Origin: a virus
Strand: one strand, 5' to 3'
IMG/VR virus record: IMGVR_UViG_3300045993_000425
Span: 64,001-128,000 of that record
DNA length: 64,000 bases
Within the stretch, counting starts at the first letter, position 1, and the number at the start of each line of letters is the position of its first letter. Of this stretch, positions 56,040 to 64,000 are shown in pieces. The notes under the pieces are model-generated. The model saw nothing but the letters and a program-made list of their open reading frames with translations. It did not search any database and was not told the DNA's origin. A program made the position numbers and the translations under genes.

Positions 56040-59000
56040 TGGCTTTCCTGACCTTGCCTCGCCACATCTTCCTGCCCTTCCAGGGACCGTCCTGGGTAGG
56101 GAACTCCCCGTACTTGGCCTCCTTGAAGCCCCAGAGGCGTCGAGGAAGCTCATCATAGGAGAAGCGGAAGTGAACCGGCAGTGGGTCCTTTGGGTCTAGA
56201 CCAGAGATTGGAACTTTGAACTCAGGATGCGGCCAGTGGATGTCCCCATAAAACTCTCGGTTGCGGAGGTGCTGTAGGAAAGCCTCAGAGATGAGCTCAT
56301 TAGGGTGCGTGCCACCGTAAAGAATCTCCTGGATACGCTTGAGCTGTTCTGGAGGGTATTGATTGTTGTAGTCATTCCTGAGGGCCTTTTCATGCTGCTC
56401 CCTATCTCGCTCCACGTTCTCTCGAGGTTGCCTCTCTTCGTACTCCCTCTCGCGATTGATGAGACTCTCCCTTACATTCGCAATATCTTCCTCTGTCCAG
56501 GGGTGATGGGTGTGCTCATTGGCTACATCGTACTTGTTGCCCTTCTCGTCAACGTAAACAACGTATCCCTCACGGTCATTGTACTCATGCACTCCCTCAA
56601 GCATCTTGGGGCTAAACCTCCTCCCATTCGAGATGACGGGCTGGCAGTTACCCACCTTCAAGCCTGACTCCATCAGATGGGCCATCCTCAAATCTGCCTT
56701 CTTGGCGTAGTCAGCTTCTGGGTCGTCTGGGAGGATGGTATCATCAGGGAACATATTCAATGCCCTCTGCTTGGCCTTTGACTCCATCCTCTTCGTCCAT
56801 TCATGCCCGAGGTCGCTCTGCACCTCGTCTACATGGATGGGCTTGTGCTCCTGCTTGTCCTCATCCCACTCGCCACCCGTAAACCTGACCCAGCCTGCCG
56901 TCTTCGGAGAGCCCACAGGGTTGACAGGGTGCCCGCTATTGTACCGGGAGTTGAATAACCCCTGGAATAGCTCCATGAGCCCTTCCTTCTTCAGTTGGAC
57001 CATCCGCTCCATAGGGAAGTCCAGCCGGAAGACGTTGCTCTCCTGGGCTGAGTGCTGCTGGGTAGGGAGGAGGTCATCAGGCAATACCTCACCCTTGACC
57101 TTCCTCATACCATTGCAGCTAGGACAGGTAACCGATGTCTCCTCCTCGAACTCACCCTTTCCATCGCAGATGTGACAAGGTCCCTTGAGTCCAGCAGGTA
57201 GGGCTACACCGGTCTGAGCACACATCAGGCAACGATTGACCCTTGGCTCCTCATTGAAGCAGCGTCGACATACCTTCGCCTCCGAGCTGCCGGTTCCTAC
57301 GCAGGCGTGGCAGTCAGCTTCCCCAGCACTCCCGGTCCCATGACAGGTTTCACAGTCTTTAGGCAGAGTACTGACGTGCTCTAGGGCTGAATCGAGGTCT
57401 GGCCTGTTTCCACGCTTTGTACCATTGCACTCACTGCAAGGGACCATCACCGTGGTAGGAACGTGACCCTTCCCGTGGCAATGCTGGCACCACTTCATGT
57501 AGTCAGACTCACCCTTGCCCCAGTGCCCCTTCGAGAACCGCCAGGTTTCCTCTGGCTGCTTGTCGATCTCGGCTTGGATGGACTCTACCGACACATGGCC
57601 TGGATTCCTGCTGTCTCTAGGCCAGTTCCCTGGAGGCATCTCCTTGTGATGGACCGATGTCTTCCCCTGCTCGAGGATGTGGTCCCTAGCTGCCCTGAGC
57701 TTGTTGGTACGCAGTCTGAAGGTGATGTTCTCGTCCTCTTCCTCACCGAAAGGCTGGGTCCAGCTCTCGTCCTTCTCTGTCTTCCTCACCTGCCCTGCCC
57801 ACATCTTCACCCTGCCCCAAGGCCCATCCTGAGTCGGTAGATCACCGTAATGCGCCTCCTTGAAGCCCCAGAGCCGCTTAGGGAGCTCGTCGTAGGAGAA
57901 GCGGAAATGTACCGGCGGCTCATCCTCTGGACGCCCCAGAGAGATGGGTGCCTTGAACTCTGGGTGCGGCCAGTGGATATCCCCTGTATAGCCCTGGTTC
58001 CTGAAATGCTGTAGGAATGCCTCGGCAATAAGCTCGTTAGGGTGGGTTTGACCAAACAGAATCTGGTTGACTCTCTCCAGCTTCTCGGGTGGGAACTCCT
58101 TGTCGAACTGAGCCTGTAGACCAGCAGCGTGCTTGGCTCGCATCTCCTCGATGACAGCCTTGGGCTTCCTCTTGTCATTGATCATCATGCTGGTGACGAC
58201 CTGAGACTCGAGGCTGGCGATGTCCTCCTTGGTCCAGGGATGGTGGGTGGTTGCATCTGGAACTGAAGTTACCGTGCCATCAGGATGACTAAAGCGAGTG
58301 TCTCCATAGAAGGCCTTGATCGTTTCGATCCCATCCTTCATTTTAGGATAGAATGCCATCGAACCACCGACCCTACCTCCGTCCACATACAGTGGCTTGA
58401 ACGTGCCTTCTAGCGACTGTTGGGTCCGCATAAGAGCATCCCTGACTGCCTCCTCTGCGAACTTGGCATACTCAGCCTTGACATCATCAGGCAAGATCAT
58501 CTCGTTTGGGTATTCCTCGATGGCCTTAGCTCTAGCCTCTGAGCCTGCCTTCTTCGTCCAGCTCTGACCATAGTCGGACTGCACCTCGTCTACATGGATA
58601 GGCTGTCTCTCACCATTCGCACTCACCTTATTGCCACCCGTGAAGCGAACCCACCCAAGCGTAGGCGCAGCACTATTCTCGCTTACAGGATGCCCTGCAC
58701 CCAGAGAGGCCTTGTACATATTGCCGAAGAACTCCTCCAGCCCCTCGTCTCGCAGCTGCTGGAGGTGCCTGTCATGCAGGTCGAGCCGGAAAACGTTGCT
58801 CTCCTGGGCTGAGTGCTGCTGGGTAGGGAGGAGGTCGTCCTTGTTTGGGGTTCCTCCTGTGATCATCCCGCTGCCCTCGCAGTCAACGCAGGTTTCGTTG
58901 ATAGGCTCTAGCGTGCCATCACCGTGGCAATGATGACAGTAGTTTATATAGTTGCCAGGGATGTTGACACCGGTTCCCGCACATGCTTCGCAGTCGTCGA

Positions 59001-62000
59001 CCCTGTCTGCTGCATTGCGGCACTCTCTGCACCTGTCCAGGCCACTAAAGCACTGCCCCATGCAATAATCGCAGTCGTCACCGCTGACCTTGACTACACC
59101 CTTTTCTTTGCACTCACCACAACCCTCTCCCCCTCCCTCACAGTCAGGGCACTCCTTGTGCTCATTGCCATCGCCACCACAGAACTCACAGTCCCCACAC
59201 TTCTGGCCGATATCGGTGATGTACTCGCGAGCCAGTGCTAGTGTTAGGCCTGTCCTACCAGTCCCATCACATTTCTTGCACTTAGGCACGATTCTGTCGG
59301 TGATCCCATCACCACCACAAGTGTCACAGACTTGATGACCGAGGCCATCTTCCGCCTCCCCATAGTACCCCTTGGAGAAGTTCCAGACATGCGAGGGCTG
59401 CTTGTCGATTTCAGCCTGAAGGTGCTCTGCCGAACAGTGTGAGGGATTCTTGGGGTCCCGTGGCCAGTTCCCAGGAGGCATCTGCTTGTAGTGGATCGAG
59501 GGCTTACCCGTAGCCAAGATTTGGTCCCGGCCGAGGCGCAGCTTGTTGGTCCTGAGCTTGAAGCTGATCTCGCCCTCATTCGGGTTTGAAGGGTCACTGC
59601 CTTCAGTCCAGCTCGCATCCGTCTCTGTCTTCTCGAGGTTCTTGTGCAATTGGTTATCCAGCTGCTGGCTCCCATAGCGGAATAGCTGGTCGCTGAAGTC
59701 TCTATGCACCTGAGGGTCCACCATCCAGCTCTTGATTGCCTGGTTCTCGTCCCTGTCAGCGTCAGTCTTGGCTTCCAGGTTCCGACCCAGCTCAGAGTCC
59801 TGGTAGAGGGCGAGGTTGTAGGCATTGACGTGACTGATGATGTCCTTGTGCCGGTCTAGCCAGTTGAGGGTCCTACCATATGTCTCTTGGTTCTCCCCAG
59901 GTAGCCCCACCATGATGTTCGGGATGAGGCTGACACCAGCCTGCCTGAGCTTCCCTGCCGCCTCCTCGAGTAGCTTCTCTGAGGCTGGCTTCTTGTGAGC
60001 CCTCAGGATTGGGTCATTGAAGGTTTCTACCCCTAGCTCGACGTGCCTGATGCCAGCAGCCTTCAGGAAGTCAGGAGTCATGTTCTTCATGGCAGCTGCT
60101 GTCGTCTGGATTACGAACCCCTTGAAGTTAGGGTTCTTCTCCTTGATCTTCTGGTAGATCTGAGGGAGCAGCTTATGGTTGTCAGCTTGGCCGAACGTCT
60201 TGTCATTGAGGTAAATCAGCTTTGTTGGCAGGTGCTTAGAGATGGACTCCACCTGCTGCATGACCTCATCGGTGCTCTTCTCCTCTACCTTCTTGGGGAC
60301 GCAGCAGAATGTGCATTGGTGCCTGCATCCATCCGATAGGGTCAGCCTGGGGATAGTCGGAGTCCCTTGGAAGTGTCTGTAGTCATGGCCAGGATTGTAG
60401 GGAAGTCCGAACTCCTCTACGAAGCTCCGCATGTCAGGATGCACCTTGACATTGTTGAGCCCAGCGAAGTGGCTCATGTCGGTGTAGCCCCCTACCGCGA
60501 TCTTCTGGGTAGGGACAGCCTGGGCTAGCTGCTTGATGAAATCCTTGTTGACATCCAACGCACTGAAGGCGACATGAGAATACCCAGCGTCCTTGATCAT
60601 CCTGGCTGCTTCCTCTGGGTTTCGGACTGTCAGATGGTCTGCATTCGGGACACTATGGGCCAGATGCGCTTGCCATTGGGGGATTTCCCAGAAATCCTGA
60701 GGTCTATCATAGCCTTCCCTGTTTGCGTACAGCTTGTCATAGTAGGCATCTGAGTCATCCCTCTGACGGTTCCCTTGTAGGAGGTCAGATGAGAACTGCA
60801 CCATCAGGACTCGATTGGAGTTGCTACCAGATGGATGCTGCCGTACCCACAGGTTCTGGTCTTGGGTAGGTGATTTGAAGCCCTGCGGCGGCTTTGGCTT
60901 CGCTTGGCTTGCCTGCTGGTATGTCTGGTGGGGACTCGTGTGCTTCGAGCCAGGGACCTCTCCTCCTGCCTCCTGGTGGGCTTCCTTGGGCTGTACCCTT
61001 CCAGTAGGTGTACCTAGCGTGACGAGCCCCTTGCTGAGACGCTCAGGCTCAGGTTCTGCCCATCCGTCCCTATGAGGGCTCTGGTTCAGGTGGCTAGAGA
61101 GGACAGCCTTGACTGCCTCCTCGAGCCCTTCCCTTGTGTCCTGTAGGTTTACCTTGAAGCCTCCACCGCTACCTTCGACACTACCTACCAGCCGTCCACC
61201 CTTGCTGACACTAGCGATGTGGTTGGAGTTGATAGCGAGCTTGTACCCTTCAGCCTCAAGCTGGTGAGGAAGCTGGTGGATGTGCGAAGTGACTACACCC
61301 TCGTTCTTCGCTAGCCTTACCCGATATGGACCATACCTGCCATCGTAGTCGCTGATAGCTCTCGGATTGATCCACTCTGAGAAGTCATTGTAGGAGCCAT
61401 CTACTGAGTTGCTCCCATAGTTAGGCTTGGCGGTGTAGACGAGGTTGTGCTTGTCTGCTAGACGCTCCCTGGTTCTGTGGGCAGAGGTCGAATGCACATC
61501 TCCTACCTCCTCCTTGACCCCGAGGTGCCTGACAGCATGCGTCATTGCAGCCTCGTATAGAGCCGTTCCTAGCCTATTCTCTTTGCTCCTGTGGTTCGCC
61601 TTGACGCAGACATCAATCGTCTTGAGGACCGGCTTGCCATTCTCCATCTTGATTTCGCCATCCCACATACCTACAGGGACAGAATGGTCCAATGGCTTGA
61701 CATGAGCTACCAGGCTCTTCAGTTGGGGCTTGTACCTAATGAGTAGCTGGTACTTGGATCTGGCAGGAATGGGTAGGTGCTCGGAGTAGTCATAGACATG
61801 CTCTCCGGTAGGATACTGCCTGACCAGCTTACCCTCTGGTAGTTCCTCAATTGCCTTCTGTAGCCTTGGTGAGACTGCTTCTCCGTCCTTCTCTCCCTCC
61901 TCGGCGGCTTCCTCGTTGCTCCTTACGTTGTCAATGATAGATTTTGCGTACTTCGATGGTCTATCCCAGCCAGTTAGTGGACCCTCTGCGACACCCTTGC

Positions 62001-64000
62001 TGTAGTCAGGAGGAGTCTCAAACTGGTCCCAGGTCGGGTCTAGGACAGTCTTCGTCTTGGTGTGGAATAGGAAGTGGTGGGTGTCGCCCTCGTGATGGAC
62101 CCACCTCATCTGCCAGCCTGTCCTGGGAGCCCCGATGAGATGAGCCAGAGCCTCGGCACCTACATAGCAATAGCCTTTCGTCGGATGCTTGTCGCCACGG
62201 TATCTTGGCTTCCGCATCTCGTCTTTGAAGCTATCCCTGACCCCATGCATCGCTGCCAGGATGTGGTCAGGTAGGTCGATGTGGCTTGCAGGCTCTGGGT
62301 AGGGAGCCTCTGCCTTCCTGATTTTGCCACGCCACATCTTTAGGCCCCTCCAAGGTCCATCCTCGGTAGGGAAGTCATCATCCCCATACAGGCTTTCCTT
62401 GAATCCCCAGAGGCGGCTTGGTAGTTCGTCATAGCCGAAACGGAAATGGACCGGCAGCGGCTTGTCGGGACTCAGTCCAGAAATTGGGGCCTTGAACTCA
62501 GGATGGGGCCAGTGAATGTCTCCTGTGTACCCCTTATCGCGGAAGTGCTGGAGGAAGGCCTCTGAGATCATCTCGTTCGGGTGTACTCCACCAAACAAGA
62601 TCTCCATGATCCGAGCCCTCTTTTCAGGTGGCAAGTCTCTGTTTTCACGGTCCTTGTACCTTTGTGCTATCTCAGCACGCAAGATACGCATCCTTTCCAG
62701 GGTTGGGCGCTCGTCCTGGCTTCTCAGATGCTCAATCATCTCAGCCCTTACCCGAGCCAGAGACTGCTCAGTCCAAGGCTGGTGAGTCTTTTCACTTGGA
62801 TAGTAGTGAGGATTGCCATCAGCATCGATCCAATCGATACCGGGCTTATTTACGCCAGGATTCAGATCTGGAAAGAACTGCGTACTACCAAACGAACCGT
62901 GACTAGAGGAACCCTCCAAGCTCGGAAATGAAACAGTACCTACTGGATGATACACCAACAACTCATCAGCTTTTTTCGCATACTCCTCTTCTGCGTTAGC
63001 TGGCCGAGCCTTGGAGTCGGGGTAATTATCTTCTGCCACCTTATCCCAGTGCTTGCTCCTGTCCTTTGCCCACTTCTGCCCGAAGTCCGATTGCACCTCA
63101 TCGACGTGGATCGGGTTTCTGCGGTGGTTCTCATGATCCCAATCGCCACCAGTGAATCTAACCCACCCTAGATGGTCATCTCCACCAGGGTGTGACTCAT
63201 AGTGGCTCAGGTCATGCATATTGCGAAATACATCCAGAAGCCCCTCACTCTCGAGTTGCTTCAAATGTTCCGCTGTCAGGCCAAGCAGGAATGCGTTCGA
63301 CTCCTGATTTGAGTGCTGCTGCGTGCTTTTCAGGCTCTCTCGAGTGGGCTCGTACTGAACGTTACCTTTTCCCTCACAGGTAGGGCACTTGCTTCTGACA
63401 ATGTCGCTGCCGGTTCCACCGCAATGATCGCAATTTCCTCTATGACCGATAGGTACATGAACACCTGTCGATCCACAGGTCTCGCAGTCTTCCTTCAGCT
63501 CATCTTTATTGTGGCAAGACCGGCATACCTCTAGAGGTCCGAGCCCAAGCCCTTCACAGCTAAAGCACTGGTTGCCATCGATGTCCTTGCCTACTCCTTC
63601 ACAAATGGCGCACTCACTTCCATTCAGATTCATGTACCGTTTTGCATCAACGTAATGACAGTACGATTCATCTTTGCTTGTGCCCGACCCATCGCAGGCA
63701 GAGCAAGTATGGTTAACACTGAGCGTTCCAAAATTACAATTGTCCTCCGGGCAAGGCTTAATCCAATCGCTAGGCCCCTTGCCATAGTAACCAGTCGTTA
63801 CCATGTAGCGATGCACAGGCCTCTTGTCGATTTCGGCCTGGATGGCTTCTACGGATACATGACCTGGGTTGTTAGGGTCGCGTGGCCAATTGCCTGGGGG
63901 CATCTGCTTGTGGTGCAAGCTCGTCTTCCCCTGCTCGAGGATGTGGTCCCTAGCCATCCTGAGCTTGTTGGTTCGGGTCTTGACGTTGACAAGTACATCG
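56029..64000 (-). CDS. Polyvalent protein A (5'-truncated): 3x Zn-finger/EVQSD module + Cys-His-Asp domain + GNAT + radical SAM
   Basis: Frame is open to the window edge (DVLVNVKTRTNKLRMARD matches the internal repeat starts); CxxCxGxG repeats; CRHQCTFC. Confidence 0.82.
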   Translation of the reverse strand, partial: DVLVNVKTRTNKLRMARDHILEQGKTSLHHKQMPPGNWPRDPNNPGHVSVEAIQAEIDKRPVHRYMVTTGYYGKGPSDWIKPCPEDNCNFGTLSVNHTCSACDGSGTSKDESYCHYVDAKRYMNLNGSECAICEGVGKDIDGNQCFSCEGLGLGPLEVCRSCHNKDELKEDCETCGSTGVHVPIGHRGNCDHCGGTGSDIVRSKCPTCEGKGNVQYEPTRESLKSTQQHSNQESNAFLLGLTAEHLKQLESEGLLDVFRNMHDLSHYESHPGGDDHLGWVRFTGGDWDHENHRRNPIHVDEVQSDFGQKWAKDRSKHWDKVAEDNYPDSKARPANAEEEYAKKADELLVYHPVGTVSFPSLEGSSSHGSFGSTQFFPDLNPGVNKPGIDWIDADGNPHYYPSEKTHQPWTEQSLARVRAEMIEHLRSQDERPTLERMRILRAEIAQRYKDRENRDLPPEKRARIMEILFGGVHPNEMISEAFLQHFRDKGYTGDIHWPHPEFKAPISGLSPDKPLPVHFRFGYDELPSRLWGFKESLYGDDDFPTEDGPWRGLKMWRGKIRKAEAPYPEPASHIDLPDHILAAMHGVRDSFKDEMRKPRYRGDKHPTKGYCYVGAEALAHLIGAPRTGWQMRWVHHEGDTHHFLFHTKTKTVLDPTWDQFETPPDYSKGVAEGPLTGWDRPSKYAKSIIDNVRSNEEAAEEGEKDGEAVSPRLQKAIEELPEGKLVRQYPTGEHVYDYSEHLPIPARSKYQLLIRYKPQLKSLVAHVKPLDHSVPVGMWDGEIKMENGKPVLKTIDVCVKANHRSKENRLGTALYEAAMTHAVRHLGVKEEVGDVHSTSAHRTRERLADKHNLVYTAKPNYGSNSVDGSYNDFSEWINPRAISDYDGRYGPYRVRLAKNEGVVTSHIHQLPHQLEAEGYKLAINSNHIASVSKGGRLVGSVEGSGGGFKVNLQDTREGLEEAVKAVLSSHLNQSPHRDGWAEPEPERLSKGLVTLGTPTGRVQPKEAHQEAGGEVPGSKHTSPHQTYQQASQAKPKPPQGFKSPTQDQNLWVRQHPSGSNSNRVLMVQFSSDLLQGNRQRDDSDAYYDKLYANREGYDRPQDFWEIPQWQAHLAHSVPNADHLTVRNPEEAARMIKDAGYSHVAFSALDVNKDFIKQLAQAVPTQKIAVGGYTDMSHFAGLNNVKVHPDMRSFVEEFGLPYNPGHDYRHFQGTPTIPRLTLSDGCRHQCTFCCVPKKVEEKSTDEVMQQVESISKHLPTKLIYLNDKTFGQADNHKLLPQIYQKIKEKNPNFKGFVIQTTAAAMKNMTPDFLKAAGIRHVELGVETFNDPILRAHKKPASEKLLEEAAGKLRQAGVSLIPNIMVGLPGENQETYGRTLNWLDRHKDIISHVNAYNLALYQDSELGRNLEAKTDADRDENQAIKSWMVDPQVHRDFSDQLFRYGSQQLDNQLHKNLEKTETDASWTEGSDPSNPNEGEISFKLRTNKLRLGRDQILATGKPSIHYKQMPPGNWPRDPKNPSHCSAEHLQAEIDKQPSHVWNFSKGYYGEAEDGLGHQVCDTCGGDGITDRIVPKCKKCDGTGRTGLTLALAREYITDIGQKCGDCEFCGGDGNEHKECPDCEGGGEGCGECKEKGVVKVSGDDCDYCMGQCFSGLDRCRECRNAADRVDDCEACAGTGVNIPGNYINYCHHCHGDGTLEPINETCVDCEGSGMITGGTPNKDDLLPTQQHSAQESNVFRLDLHDRHLQQLRDEGLEEFFGNMYKASLGAGHPVSENSAAPTLGWVRFTGGNKVSANGERQPIHVDEVQSDYGQSWTKKAGSEARAKAIEEYPNEMILPDDVKAEYAKFAEEAVRDALMRTQQSLEGTFKPLYVDGGRVGGSMAFYPKMKDGIETIKAFYGDTRFSHPDGTVTSVPDATTHHPWTKEDIASLESQVVTSMMINDKRKPKAVIEEMRAKHAAGLQAQFDKEFPPEKLERVNQILFGQTHPNELIAEAFLQHFRNQGYTGDIHWPHPEFKAPISLGRPEDEPPVHFRFSYDELPKRLWGFKEAHYGDLPTQDGPWGRVKMWAGQVRKTEKDESWTQPFGEEEDENITFRLRTNKLRAARDHILEQGKTSVHHKEMPPGNWPRDSRNPGHVSVESIQAEIDKQPEETWRFSKGHWGKGESDYMKWCQHCHGKGHVPTTVMVPCSECNGTKRGNRPDLDSALEHVSTLPKDCETCHGTGSAGEADCHACVGTGSSEAKVCRRCFNEEPRVNRCLMCAQTGVALPAGLKGPCHICDGKGEFEEETSVTCPSCNGMRKVKGEVLPDDLLPTQQHSAQESNVFRLDFPMERMVQLKKEGLMELFQGLFNSRYNSGHPVNPVGSPKTAGWVRFTGGEWDEDKQEHKPIHVDEVQSDLGHEWTKRMESKAKQRALNMFPDDTILPDDPEADYAKKADLRMAHLMESGLKVGNCQPVISNGRRFSPKMLEGVHEYNDREGYVVYVDEKGNKYDVANEHTHHPWTEEDIANVRESLINREREYEERQPRENVERDREQHEKALRNDYNNQYPPEQLKRIQEILYGGTHPNELISEAFLQHLRNREFYGDIHWPHPEFKVPISGLDPKDPLPVHFRFSYDELPRRLWGFKEAKYGEFPTQDGPWKGRKMWRGKVRKANED

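Noticed and set aside
57100-63760. dnaJ call from CxxCxGxG repeats
   Set aside because: No recognisable J-domain; the fingers are inserts within another module
63955-63957. ATG at 63957 as the start of the giant ORF
   Set aside because: The frame continues to the window edge with sequence matching the internal repeat starts
56040-64000. Diversity-generating retroelement behind the repeated modules
   Set aside because: No reverse transcriptase in the window; all copies are coding and differences are not adenine-specific
1-64000. Stop-codon reassignment
   Set aside because: Code 11 gives dense, coupled genes, with TAG, TGA and TAA all used as stops; no suppressor tRNA seen

Overview
This is a 64-kb segment of a large, GC-rich tailed phage, probably temperate. 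The host is likely Gram-negative and tentatively Myxococcota/deltaproteobacterial; that guess rests only on the tmRNA tag, a lipoprotein and base composition. Layout: (i) 1-19.8 kb, minus-strand late genes: fibre/decoration-like proteins, several with Sec signal peptides, u-spanin/holin candidates, and neck/head-completion-like proteins, one carrying an intein. (ii) 19.9-27.3 kb: nucleotidase, ATP-dependent ligase, tmRNA, an unassigned structured RNA, tRNA-Tyr, intein-split ThyX, xis/int with an intact attP-like site, and tRNA-Leu(CAA). (iii) 27.4-44.6 kb: small early/accessory genes behind repeated sigma70-type promoters, including a UvrD-like helicase, two MTases, a deaminase, a P-loop kinase and ArdA-like/acidic proteins. 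(iv) 44.6-64 kb: four giant multi-enzyme 'polyvalent' proteins. Main finding: nearly every domain boundary in these giants falls on a recurring [LIV]-x-K|[ASGMTN] motif that resembles the Lys-specific prohead-protease sites of A511/K-like phages. This suggests capsid-packaged polyproteins cut into about 20 separate effectors (GNATs, ADP-ribosyltransferases, kinase, radical SAM, peptidases, ParB, Nudix, and a triplicated Zn-finger/EVQSD module). All domain calls come from motifs read by eye; no database searches were run.
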